Assembly: GCA_051362555.1 (NCBI GenBank)
Contig: CM120640.1
Coordinates: forward strand, 18,476,001-18,540,000
Length of the DNA stretch: 64,000 nt
Direction: 5' to 3'
Source of the DNA: Lingula anatina
Lineage: Eukaryota > Animalia > Brachiopoda
Part shown: positions 40,140 through 53,100 of the stretch, one piece after another
Layout of the letters: every line of letters starts with the position of its first letter
Numbering within the stretch: position 1 is the first letter of the stretch
The notes under the pieces: generated by a model
Told to the model about the DNA's origin: nothing
The model's database searches: none
What the model saw: only the letters and a program-made list of their open reading frames with translations
Translations under genes and position numbers: made by a program

Positions 40140-40853
40140 CATTGTTATGGTCAATACATGTAATACGTCTTTTTGATTGTATCAGTTGTATCATTCTCTG
40201 ACGGAACCACAATATAAAACGGACATCTTCGTGCCTCACTTCCAGATGAAATGTTCAAAGTATGCATTGCTTCAGGTACCCATCCTGGTAGACTTGGTCG
40301 TATTAACCACTCGTATTTGGCCCTCGGACTAGTTAGTCCTCTATATTTTAGTGTTAGATCAAAAAGGTATTATTGGGATTTCTAATCGTGTATCCCCCCC
40401 CCCCTCGCTCGTTTATACGAATTAACACAACATCCACATAGTCGTTGCAGGTAACTATGGGACTTACCTTCAATGAGCGTTGCATGTCAGATTTGAATCT
40501 GAATTTGCCTTTTCCTTTGGGTGTCAGATATAGATATTCATTTCTAAGGTATCATTTATATTTAATGAAACATGTCAGTCCGCGAACACTTTTCTTCTTT
40601 ACCAATTGTAATTTAATCTCTGTGCCCAATGAACAATCGCCGGGGAACTTCCTATACATAGGCCTCACGCTAAAAGCCACTAGTAGCATCTTATACTGTT
40701 TCCTGTGATGTTTTATTTTGCCACTGTCGACAGCAAATGGGACTGGCTACGTTCGGTATTAAGCTATGTCTGTCACCTTGTTTCACCAAAGATCCCAGGT
40801 AGCAAACGCCGACGTCGGGCCACCGGCTTTGCTCACCTTGGGCCGACCGGGCC

Positions 40854-40983
40854 CACCCTGAGCTTCAGAGCTAACTTGACACTAACCTTTTCACTGTAGC
40901 CTATCTCCGTCGTGTTACTTGACACGACGGAGATAGGCTACAGTGAAAAGGTTAGTGTCAAGTTAGCTCTGAAGCTCAGGGTG
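40854..40983. mobile_element. 130-bp perfect-palindrome MITE with 8-bp target-site duplication
   Basis: 62-bp arms (40854-40915 and 40922-40983) are exactly complementary, loop TACTTG. ACCGGGCC lies directly on both sides (40846-40853, 40984-40991). Confidence 0.95.
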
Positions 40984-41303
40984 ACCGGGCCACTCATGGC
41001 ATGCAAACCTTTTGCCAAAGTGGGGCCATCCTCATTCTATCAGTGGTTCTATCAGTGGTGGACCAACCTATGTTATAATTTTTTGCTAATATGCCACCAC
41101 TAAATGAAAAGAACTAGTCCATAAAGATAATTATTGTAACGTCTTTATGGGTCGAACGAATCAATTGAACAACGATGAAAAAAAAAAGAAAAACAAAACA
41201 AAACAAAAAAAACTGATAGCTATTAAGCAAAACGTACAACATATATGAAATTGGAGAGCCAGTAGGCTTAGCGCCTCAACAACAGGACTTATAAACAAAA
41301 TAG

Positions 41304-42534
41304 CCGTTCGTGATCTCGAGCTTCGGGTTTGCGATGCAAATCGCGAACCGTTATCATGCTTAGTTAAGACTCGGCCACAATCGGACGTACGAATTTTAGG
41401 ATCGTACGGCCCCTGCGAATTTTGGGCGCAGTGGAGGCGGTGGAGTTCGTAGAGGTAGAGGAAAGTTTGCAATGGAAAGGCGCAAGTCTGCCTTGCGAGT
41501 CGCAGGGTCCACGTGAGAAGCAGGGACGCTAATTGCAAGGTGCGATGTACTCATTTCTTGAGTTTGTCTTGCTACCTGCGTACGTGGCACGCACTCACCA
41601 TTTATGAAGAGAATGCTACGCACGGCGAAAGTAATTTCCTTTTGCTTCACACTTGCCTCACACGTATTGACGTACTGACCACGTACGTCATTTTTGCCTT
41701 CTGTTCCCCCTTCTTTCTTTTTCCTCCTTCCTTCCTTCTTTTCTGTTCTCTTAGTTTCTTTCCATTGCCTTTTGGAGGCATATTAGAAGCTGAATTGAGC
41801 AAATTTCGAAATTTTTGAAATGTTGTCCACGAAGCACAAGCGACGTTATTTGTCGAGACACGAACGTGCATCGTGAGCATGCCTTTTATACTCCTGGCGT
41901 GGGGGCCAACAACTTCCGCCGTGCTTTCGACTTTGTTCGTTAGCTATGAGGGCGTGCGTCGTACTCAACACGCAAAGGACATTTGCTCCTTCATTGTTAA
42001 CGACGTGCGTCTTGGACCACGCACGACTCACTTGCATACTTCTCGCGAACTCCTTGCGATTGGAGCAAGTTACGTTTGCGTCCTCGATGTTCGCAGACTA
42101 TTCGTAGAATCTTTTGGACATGTCCAACATTCTCCGTACGTGCTTACGGGCTGTCTGCGAACTCCAAATTTCGCAAGAAGAACTTGAGCGGCACGTGAGA
42201 TTCTGCGCAAAATTTGGACGCAAACAGGCCGTAAGAGCCCGTACGGCCGGTTGTGACCGAGGCTTTACCAGTTTGGTACCTTCACGTATGTGCAGGGGAA
42301 TGTCGAGAGGGCATAAGGGCATTACTCCCGTATTAAAATAGTTTGGGGTTAAAAAGAAGAATCCGTATGTAAACGACTAGAGACCTAAATAAAAGCTGGC
42401 CAAATTGTTTGCGCTCTTTAGGCCTATGTGATGCTCGCAACCACTTTTTTTTTACGTTTGCGCCAAGACATCGCGGTTTGAGTCGTTCTTTCGGCGTTTG
42501 CAATAACAAATTCGTGGTTCGAGATCACAAACGG
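41304..42534. mobile_element. ~1.2-kb GC/CpG-rich non-autonomous DNA-transposon-like element
   Basis: About 45-bp imperfect TIRs (CCGTTCGTGATCTCGAGC...TGCAAA / TTTGCA...TTCGAGATCACAAACGG), nested internal inverted CGTACGG motifs, GC/CpG content well above the flanks. No TSD resolved. Confidence 0.7.
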
Positions 42535-43276
42535 GAATGATAGTTTTGGGGCCTGAACATTATGAACACATCACGTTAATTCAATCTATTATTAATTTTT
42601 GGGATAAACTGTCCCCTGGATGCCCGACTTAAATAGATGGAGCTCGACAAACTTTGTGCATAATCCACTTATGATTTGTTGTCCTAGGGTCCATAAAACT
42701 ACCCTCTACAAAGGCCAAAAATGGATTTTTACTAGACATTCACAAATATTTCTCTGGTTAATTCATGTATTTTTTCTTCGCTGACCTAACCATTCGACTT
42801 GTTTGCCCGACAGATAAGCGAAAAAAAGATTACATATCGAGAGAATGCGCTCCAATTCAACCTTTCATTTTATTGGCAATTCTTTCAATTTGTTCGCCTC
42901 TTTCCTATTTTTTTTTTTTTTTTTGTATTTTTACCGCTTATCAATCCCTCAACGTTATCTTACCGCTTGCATGTTTGAGAGAGCAGACGATTTATTGTTA
43001 CGAAGTAATAATAAAAGCAAGAACCATACCCAGCTAAAGCTCAGCATACGGAATTGCAAATGAGGTTGTTGTTCTTATGACATATTTATGCGTATTTTTT
43101 TAACTTCTAGATGATACAGTTGAAATGTAAGTAACTTTTGTCTCTCTTTTGTTGTTGTTTTGTTTTTTATCAATAAAAAGCTTTATATTGCAATCAAAAC
43201 ATTTTTGATAATGAATCTAAACTTCGTTACGACCGAAGATTGCGGAGTTTCAATAATCTGTTTTTACGAATTAACA

Positions 43277-43479
43277 GGGGAGACGCCGGGGTAAGTTGAC
43301 CCCTCGTCAATTTATAAAAAAGTACCTCAAAGATAATAAATTTGGGCACATAATGTTGTAAAGTGATATTTTCTCATAGTGCCAAGAAAGCGTCGGTCGT
43401 AAAAAAGTTTTATTTGAGCGGTGATTTCCAAATGAAAGTTCTCTGCACCTGAAAGTAACTTTATGAAGATATTTTAAAT
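43277..43479 (-). mobile_element. Partial, inverted copy of the element at 44963-45488
   Basis: ggggagacgccggggtaagttgacccctcgtcaattta...gtcggtcgtaaaaaa...tgagcggtg...ccaaatgaaagtt...cctgaaagtaacttt is the reverse complement of ~45285-45488. Confidence 0.85.
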
Positions 43480-44962
43480 TTTATTTTCAGAGTCTTTCAT
43501 GTCTTTTAAGAGATTTCCATTTTTACTTCGTGTATACAAGACACAAAGGCCACCTGCCTGCGCGTGTCCGGTCATGATGTCTGTCAGAAGGGGAAATGCA
43601 AGTCATATGTAGCGGTAGTATGCTTCATATTTCTCTTAATATCTGTCATGACAACTTTGAGTTAATTGTCTTGGTTCACTGAAATGAGATATCCTTTTTA
43701 CGTATAATGGGTTCTTTGATATCGATTTTTAATAGATATTTATAGGAAACATCATAAAGATACCTGCTGAAATGGCAATTGTTCTCGACATTAATGCAAC
43801 TGATACTTTTTTCCAGCTTTTCTAATTATTTTCGTTATTACATGGACTACATCAAAAGTATACTACCTGCGTCTGAACTTCCCTCAAGTGCATACTTTCT
43901 ATGCCTACGTATCCTGCAAAACTACTTATCTTTTCTAATTTAGAACCTAGAAGCGAAAAGTCCTAATAAGAAGTAATGTGATCTGACCCATCTCATTCAA
44001 CTTGTTGACATGTTGCTATAGAATAAGAAAAATAACCCAGGCGACAGGTTCAGCAATATGTGCGCGTGGACAGCACTGAACACGTAATGTTCATAAGTTT
44101 CTTTCAGAGACAGACATGCACTAAAATAAATAGTTCTAAAAGTTTTAGATTGTAAATTTGAACTCAGTAAAGGCAACTCGTGACCTGTTTTATGTGTCCA
44201 GCGTCTGTGCCGCGTTGCCAACGCTATACATGTACCAGCTGTGCTCTCTCTTGCCAGTAAGACTGCTTGCTCTGCCTGACTTTTGACAGAGGTTTCTCAC
44301 GACAGTTTGCTCATTAATCGTAGTGTAGCTAGTCCATCCGGGGGATCATTGTAGGGTTCTGAATCAATGACAGTAAGGCTCTGTATGTCAGATAAATAAA
44401 GAAAATGGTCCCAAGTTGGGGTTGTTGCGCAATGTCGAACTGACCTGGGTCTGTTGGCTAACTCCCAGATTTAATGGCAGTGTCTTGTACCAAAGCATTT
44501 CATTAGCCTATGGCTTTGTCTTAGAATTGCTAAGTTTGATATATCAGCCTGGTTCAGACTTTTGCACCTTAAACGGTGGCTGATCCCTAACCTCATTTGA
44601 ATGGTATAAAATTACCTCCCCATTGGGTTTTGACTCATAAATCATTTCTAAAAACCAGTAGCACACGATAGGGTCAAGTTTGGTCACATCAGAAATGAGG
44701 GGTGGTACAAATCAATGGATCCTCATTGTTACAATTGTCCCAATAAAACAGTCTCAGAGCTATTCTATGCCCCCCTCTCCTTTTTTAATTTTCTGTTTAT
44801 GCAGTTTTTTTCAATATATTACAAATGCACTTGCAAAGCTTATATGATGTTTTTATGTTCAGCATGTAGGCCTACTTCATTATCGCAAACCTTGTACTAA
44901 TGCTAATTTACTGTTGACTGTGAGGAATGCACATGTATGTTGAAAAACTAAAGCAACAAATA

Positions 44963-45488
44963 GGGGAGACCGGGGCTAGTTGGTCCAACTAGACAATTTT
45001 GGCCTTCTAGGGCCAACTGAGAATAAGATACAGTACCAAAAACTGGTTTTAGCACGAGCACCAAGGACTTATCTACAGGTGCAACGTCGTTGATTTACAT
45101 TTGTAATGCCCTATGGTACACGATTTGACAAAAACACACGTCAAGTGGGACAACTTGCCTCGTGGCGTGATAGTGAACTACGTTTAGACACTTCTGCGAA
45201 AGTTTAAATTTAGTCTTAATTTTAGTTTGATGCCCTGTACGCATCCTTTATTCTATCACAAGGCTATGAATATATATATATATATTTAAATGTCTTCATG
45301 AAAGTTACTTTCAGGTACAGAAAACTTTCATTTGGACACACCGCTCAAGTGAAACTTTTTTTACGACCGACACTTTCTTTGCACTGTGGGATATGGCCAC
45401 TTTCAAAATTACGTGATCAAAATTTTACCTCGTATGTACTTTTTTCATAAATTGACGAGGCCGGGGTCCAACTAGCCCCCATCTCCAC
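44963..45488. mobile_element. ~525-bp MITE with TA target duplication (Tc1/mariner-pogo-like)
   Basis: TA|GGGGAGACCGGGGCTAGTTGGTCC ... GGTCCAACTAGCCCCCATCTCCAC|TA, 24-bp TIR with 4 mismatches. Confidence 0.85.
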
Positions 45489-45901
45489 TAGGGTAGATTG
45501 CTGGTAATACAGACAAAAATTGCTCAAATGATCAAAAGCACTCGCTTCAATTCCAGGGATGCTCTTTCCGAGAAAACTTGGGAAATGTGTATATTTTCAT
45601 CGCGTGTTAACCCGTTTAATTCAGTGCATTACGCTGATTGATTACTTAAATTCAAATAGTGTCCCATGATACGGTCGTACATACATAATACCTTGGTGTT
45701 TTAGTGGGAATTGATGAATGATCACAAAACACCACAAAAGTCAATTACTTTTATCCGATTATGCTGATTTTTGACCTTGATCTGCGTTTTACCGCAGCGA
45801 CGGCAACAGCGACGACAGTAAGACAGCGCAGCTCACCGAAAAAAAAAATTCCAGACACTGACAGCCTCACAGTAGCTATACTAGCAAAAAAAAAAAAAAA
45901 A

Positions 45902-47456
45902 AGTGCGATTTTTTAAAGATATTTGAATGTTTTGTCCTGCTGGAGCAAGCGTAGGTTTGGGTGTTGATGCAGAAGAGCTGTCCTAAGGACCTCAACTGTC
46001 CTGCCGACCAGTCAGATAGTATTTCGTAACCACTTGGCAGCTGTTTTTGTAGATGATGTGATGTCATAAATACTGGTGAATAGGGCGTTTAAATGCAGGG
46101 GGAAATGATTACAAAGTGTCAAACAGTATATCAGTAACCCGTTCTACTCTTTTAAAGCCATTTGATAAGTGCGATTTTTTCAGATATTTGCTTGTTTTGT
46201 TCGTGGACCGTACGAAACCTTCATTGAAGACCTGGGGCAACCTTCATCATTCTTCCACCAGTGATGCTCTTAACTCCATGTCGGTGGTGGGCTGTTGCTG
46301 GCGGTTATTGGTCCGTCTGCCCAGTTCACATCAGGCATGCTCAATGGGAGAGATGTCCGAACTAAACACTGGCTGGATCTGCTCCTGCTGCATGTAGGCC
46401 TACGCCTGTGGTACCCTGGCAGTATGGGGACGGGTGTTGTCCTGCTGGAGCAAGCGTAGGTTTGGGTGTTGATGCAGAAGAGCTGTCCTAAAGACCTCAA
46501 CTGTCCTGCCGACCAGTCAGATTTCCGCCAATCACTGTAATCACCACGAGTTCTGTCTGGAAATTGCCACTTGTGACTGCCTAAACCATAACACTGTAGA
46601 CTGTGCAATGCACGACCCCTCTCCAGATCATACAGCCATGGCATGCTGTCAGCATAGAATTCTGTCTCCTAAACTATGTTTTCCGATTCCAGTGTCCACT
46701 AGCATTGATTCCGGACAACTTATTTCAGCGAAACAGTCCAAATTTGTATTTAGATGAGATGTCGGAAAAATTAAAGCTAGCCATTTTCTTGAATCACTCA
46801 AGCGTTACAGTAATCTACTGCAGGATTGCGATGGTGTTCCGTCACTGAATACAGTGACCAGGCTTACATATGCATTTTGATCGTTTTGAAGCACCGTGGT
46901 CAAAATTAAAACTGGCATTTCTCCTTTTGGCCAACATTTGAAAACATTTTAGTAAAGAGGAAAATGAAAGATCAAGTATCCAAATGTGCACACAAGTTGA
47001 GGTGCTAAGTAAATTGATTGACATGTCATAATGGTAACATTAGATTTTACATGGTTTTCGTGACGACAAAAATCAAAACACGAATCGTTTTTATAGAGCG
47101 TAAACGATGGAATGTCAAATTGATCAGAATGCTAGATTCTAGATGTGCTGCATATTTTAACCACGCCATAACTGCTATTGGTACAATAAGAACACTGCCA
47201 TTTTAAGCCCTTTCTTCGAAATCCCGAACAAACTTTAAACCCTCTCCATATTTTTTTCGGAGTGTAAAATACAAGTGATGCGGCACTGCTTGTAAATTTA
47301 TGATATTGTATTTACTCGTGGTATTTCGTAACCACTTGGCAGCTGTTTTTGTAGAAGATGTGATGTCATAAATACTGGTGAACAGGAAAAAATGATTACA
47401 AAGTGTCAAACAGTATATCAGTAACCCATTCTACTCTTTTAAATCCATTTGATAAT
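45902..47456. repeat. Complex tandem duplication: a 267-bp internally deleted copy followed by a ~1.29-kb copy
   Basis: Blocks X (45902/46168), Y (45933/46438, ~85 bp) and Z (46019/47321, ~140 bp) occur twice in the same order. Confidence 0.85.
46230..46644 (-). pseudogene. Degenerate, internally deleted Tc1-family transposase
   Basis: Minus-strand translation across frames gives MPWLYDLERGRAL (Tc1-like N-terminus), ELVVITVIGGNLTG, LQQDNTRPHTARV and SDISPIEHA*CELGRR. These match Tc1 QQDNARPH and SPDLSPIEHxW. Stops and frameshifts are present. Confidence 0.9.
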
Positions 47457-49072
47457 GTCGAACGTTTATGAAGGTACTCTCTAATCAGGTAGAACAAAAC
47501 ATGGCGCAACATGTTACGTTTGCAGGGGAATATTTCGGCTTTACGCTCGTGGGTCGATTTCTCGTTCTGTCGCTTAATCTCCGTTTCACTTTTATAGCTA
47601 AATATATCGAACGCTGATCGTTATCTCACGACAGCTTAATAAAACCGCTCCCAAGTCGATGCGGAAAATAAATGGATTTGGATTTACTGAGATTGTGAGG
47701 GCACTTTGTGTTATTGAAAAACAAAAATGAGTGGGACTATTGACATTTGTATGTTTTTGCAGAGAAAAAAATATTATAAAGAGTCAAAGAAGTAGAATGA
47801 TCATTATATTTTCTTTGACATTTTCTGTTGGCTGTTCTGTCCACTTTCTTTTAATGAAACCATCAGAGAGCGCCGCCGGGAAACAACCATTCTCAATGTT
47901 CGCTTGGAAGACTCCAAGGTTAATAGGAGACTTTCCCTATTTATTTGTTTTGATGTGTTGGTGTTTCAATGAGGCAGATGCATTGGAGAACCCTGCTGCT
48001 TTATATGTATACACGTAGCTCGAGGCGGAGCACGAGCTGACTCAATAAGCAACGCCTGTGATGTCCGTTTTAGAGTCCATGAAGAAATTCACAAAAGCTG
48101 AAAGCTAGGGCGCCTCAGAAAAATAAAAGTAGATGCATTTTCAATCCATTGTATTTGTTTATTATGCAAGATCGACGCGGTGATTATGATGAATCGTCTG
48201 TTAGGCTGCGAGAAATCAATATCCAAAAAACACTATACCAAGCGGTTTCCAACTTATTAAATTGTTATCGCTAACAATGTTTCTAAAAAAAAAAAAAAAA
48301 AAAAAAAAAGGAAAATATGCATCCAAACTAAGATTAGTGTCGTTTGAATTTATTATTATTACTATTTTTGTTAAGTTTTTAAAAATAATTTTGTGTCACA
48401 TTCTGATATATTGAATATTATTCTAATGAGCCCCACGGCTAAAGGATTGAATAAATTGAAATTGAATACCAAAGAAACGTACCGAGTCCGCGATTGGCGG
48501 CGATGACAGATTTCACCTTTACCGAGAATTCTGCCGCCAATAATTCTAGTTGAGCAACCGCTGTTTCTGCTTCACGAGCATATGTCAACATAAATAAAGT
48601 ATCTGCAGGATATGTCGTTGTAGTTTTACGGTAGCCGTCAAAATATTAGAAGTGTTTCTGCAAGATAACTGAAACATTACCCTTGGCTGGTAAATTTGAA
48701 TTGTTTTACCCCAAGCTACATTTTCAATTCAAATGCTCTTCTTGGTAAAGCAAGTCATATTCGAGAGACCACTCAACACAAGCAATCATCTTTAAATTTC
48801 GGCCCGGGAGGCATATTTCACGGAAAAGAGAACTAACAGGCTCACCACACGCAGTCAATAAGAGTAAAGTTGTCAGCTCCGTTATGCTCTTCAATCTCCT
48901 GGTGGGAAACCTCTAGATTGGGGTCGCAGTAGAAAGAAAACGAAAATTAACTCCAACTGAGGTACGATAGCTGACCTACGATAACTGCATTGTGCAAGCC
49001 TGAATTCATCCACTCTTTTCCCAGAGATAGCAGTTAAGGTACATTGTAAAACCATATAAACCGGTTTTGGAA

Positions 49073-49177
49073 TTGAACCCACCAGCTTTTTATCTCTGGG
49101 AGTATCTCAAGGATAATGTGTACCAGAACAACCCTCAAACGATTGGTGAACTTATGGCAGCTATCACAACAAAAATG
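49073..49177 (+). pseudogene. Short C-terminal relic of a mariner-like (DDD-type) transposase
   Basis: LNPPAFYLWEYLKDNVYQNNPQTIGELMAAI matches DLNPxDFxLWGYLKxxVYxxxPxTxxELKxxI. Confidence 0.8.
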
Positions 49178-49546
49178 TGTCCTATTAATTGGCAATCCTG
49201 TAAATCGCAATTTTCTCAGTGTTTGAAATGGTTCATACCTTTGTGATGAAAAAAATGTAAAAATGGCCAGGAAATCATCATTTTACCATGTAGAGGTCTA
49301 ATATGAACTGTTTGCCTGTAAGTTTTTTCTCTCTCGTCCCCTGCTGTAAAACCAAAAGATTGGGGTTCGTAGAAGAAAGAAAAGCATGAACTATAATCAT
49401 GGTCGATTATTTCACCTGTAATAACTTTGCACACCAAAGGCACAAAACTGTTTTTCAGACAAGAGGCAGAGAGCCCAGAAGCAATTTATAATCAGTTACT
49501 AGTTAGACCCTTGGAAATCAGAGTAGGAGGAAGAAGCTCTTGCCAC

Positions 49547-49599
49547 AATACAATACAATACAATACAATACAATACAATACAATACAATACAATACAAT
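49547..49599. repeat. (AATAC)n microsatellite
   Basis: About 10 perfect pentamer units. Confidence 0.95.
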
Positions 49600-50183
49600 G
49601 GCAGATTGCATGTAGAAGTTAAATGCTATTTGCAGGAATCTTTTGATCCATGACATGAAAATATAGAAATTGGCATTAAACTAGTTACCAGGAAGAAAAG
49701 AATTACTGGTTCAACAATCATTCGCAGTCCCCAGCTAAGTATGATTAGCATTGAATATACCCTGGACAACCAAAATACAATCTGTTCTTCTGAAATAATT
49801 TTTAATTCTGAAATTCTTTCTGCAATGCATTGCAAAATATTGCCATCAGTAGCTCCTTTGGTCTAGTTGAATAATCTTACCAGCAAGGAATGTAATATTA
49901 AAACCATTTCAAATATGTCTTATACTGGGATGTCATATACAAATATAATAGAGAATAATGAAAACAGGCTTTTCTAGTTCATTTCCATGATTAGATTTCA
50001 CAATCCATGTAAGTGCCATCATTCCTGTTCATGCTAACTAAATGTTTTTTCCGTTCTGCCTTAATCAACATTACTCCTTTTGCTGTCTATCATATTAGCC
50101 ACACACTATGGTCTTTCTCAAACTTATAACTTTAAAGTAGTTGATACATATAGAAGTATGGACTACAACATTGTGATGAAGGT

Positions 50184-53100
50184 TCAGTTTCTCTTTTTCT
50201 TGCCTGGTGTAGCTGCTGTCCCCACAGGCACTGGTGGTGCATAAAGCCCTTGGGAAATTCGGTTTATGTAGTAAAGGGCTACCAAGGAAAAGATGAAACT
50301 GAAACAAAAACATACACATTTCATGAAAATTAAATTCACCACTTGGTATATATGATGAAACAACAGCACTTTAAAAAATCCAAAACCCCACTTTTGACAC
50401 AACAATGACAAACAAGTGTCTGTAATATATGGCTTCTCTTTTTGTGAAGTTGGCCAAAGACTATCAGGCTAATATAAGTGTAGACCATTTACTAATCTAA
50501 AGAAAGGAGAAAGATTTAAAAAAAAACCTTCAAAAAGCTACATTTAGCTATATCTAAATCACAATTATTTATAATCAGGGGTATCTTGTTAATATTTTTT
50601 GACTCGTGCAATCTAACACCTAGCATATTTTTAATGCCATACTGTCAACTCAAAAGGTATGTAATAAGTATGACCTTCAACACATGTAATCACAAAATTG
50701 CCTTTTTTAAAAAGAAATTAATTCCAGCTTAATTTATATCATGCTGAAGAACAAAGGCCCTTTGTTATATTGTTGTCATTGTTTTCATGGTCTGGCCCCT
50801 TTGTGCTTTTCTATATCAAATATGTTTAACCTAAGAAATCAGCAACCCAATTATCTACTGACTTTACAAGCAGTGATAACAGTGAAATCAGTCAACAATA
50901 TTTTTTTTCTGGTCTTTGAAAAAAAAATGTAAACCTCAAACCTAACTGACAGCTGAAGAATTTTCAATGCCTTGTCCTATTAATAGAGTATAAAATGCAA
51001 TTCATTTTAAGTACATAGCAAGACTAAGCACATGTTTCCTTGTTTTATTTCTGTTCCAAGAGCCTGGGATTGATGGACTACCTTGATGTATACATAATGC
51101 TTTCTTCAAAGAATCAATGTAACACAGCTAATCTTCCAAAACTACCACAACCATGTACTAGAACATCTGCTAAGGTCATCAGACACATAAATCAAACTGG
51201 TGGCAATATGTAGGTGCAAGTGTAAAGCAAAGGCTGTATTCACAACCAGTTAATATGCAGACTAACAGATCTGTGCATCAAATATGGTCGACCTACTTGA
51301 AAGCAAGCTGCTTAATCCCCTAATGCAGCAAGCCTTTCGGTAGGTCAGCCAAATTTGACTCACAGATTGGATAGTCCACACATCAACTTTGGTTGTGAAT
51401 ACAGCTAAAGACTGTCAGGCTTACTCTAGTATGTAAGTGTAACCATTTAATAATCTAAAGAAAGGTGTAAGAAAAAAAAACCTTCAAAAATCTAAATCTA
51501 ATCATATCTTAATCAATTATTCATAATCAGGGGGATCTAGTTAATACTTTTGACTTGTGCAATCTAACATCCAGTAAATCTCTTAGCAGGTTTTTAACAA
51601 ATTGCTGCTTTCATCAACATCTTAAAGAAAAAAAGTTGAAGTCCAGTTGCTCACAATATCTTCAAAGAGACTCTTAGTCTGTATTTGTTCAAATGACTTG
51701 TTCAAATGATAGTGGAAAGGTGGATGCTCATCCAATTGTGTCAGTGATTATGTGTATTAGGGAGGAGTTGGGTGTCAAATGGTTTCAAGATACCAACAAT
51801 GTATGTTGGAAAAATGTCCAATTCATTCTCCTTATCATTTTAAAATGGAGTACTCATTTTCCTCCTATACAACCAACTTCCCAGTCTACTTGATTTATTG
51901 CACAGGAACTCCATACGAGTGGCTACACGTTGATATTACAGAGGAAAGAATGACTTTCTGAGGACAATCAGTTTTACTCATTAGCCACACGCTAGGTGCT
52001 GATTAACTTTTTTATTTCAAAACAGCTGGTTTAGTATTGAGAGCAATAAGCTGCCAGAATGGAATATTTGGCATCAGCACCGTGAATAACATATAAAAAA
52101 ACCATTTAAAAAAACAAACAAACAAACAAACAAACAAAAAAAAAAACAACAACAACATATATTATGGTTATCATTAAAAATGCAAGATTAAAAATACGAA
52201 GTATGTTACAGTAACCGAAAACAGTGGTTTATACAATGGCAACATAATTAGTGCACCCAGAAAGACGCTTGAACTGCTTATCATCCTCATTCTTGCTATC
52301 TTATCATTGCAGCCAGTTTTCACAATGCTAAGTATATAATACCTTACACTGCACTTACCATGTTGTAATGCATACTCTGTGGACCAGACCAGAGGCAAAC
52401 ATGGCTACAGCTAAACAGAACAGCACTGAAAAAAACAAAACAAAAAAAATTACATACTGTCTCCTTGTTTATGCATTTGATGCTGTCGACTTTTCCTCTC
52501 AAAACCAGGGAAATTGAGACAGAAAAAGAAAACAATTTGGTTAAAAAAATGGAGGTGGGTGAAGCAGGATTATTATCAGAGCAGATAACACAAAGACATT
52601 TTAAATGCATGTTTCCCGCTCTTAAAAGAGTTGAAAAAATACATGAAAACAAAGATCCCAGGTTTATTTTTGACACTTGTGGCCTTGTAGATTAAAAAGA
52701 AACTGTATCAGTTCATCCCATCAACTGTTATTGATCAGAGAGGCCATAAATGATAATGGCCATCCATTCAGTGAATCGTTTTGCTCAAAGTAACAATCTA
52801 TGTGCTTTTAAAAAACATCTCTCAATAATCAAAATATACCATAAAGTCCAAAAATACTGTATTAAAAGGAAACTAATATGTGCCTGCATTGAACCATGAA
52901 CTGAGTTAATATGCAGAAATGTGCAGAGGCGTAAATCCTTTTAACAAAGAGAAAAGCTCAGATGAAATCCCATAAACCTTTAACCATGATGTGCATAAAG
53001 GTACATTTGAAGCAGTAAGACCACCGATACCACAATATTCCCAACGAAAGAGATAATGCACTTAGAAAAATTGGCAGTATATTTCATGATCTTAAACTAC

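Noticed and set aside
41161-42341. Cluster of overlapping 60-125 aa ORFs on both strands
   Set aside because: Explained by the high GC of a TIR-bounded repeat; no domain or splice support.
48020-48080. Patchy resemblance to an 18S rRNA segment (cacgag...caataa...ctgtgatg...ttaga.gtcc)
   Set aside because: Needs many gaps over about 55 nt and the flanks do not continue the match; probably chance. BLASTN or cmsearch against SSU rRNA would settle it.
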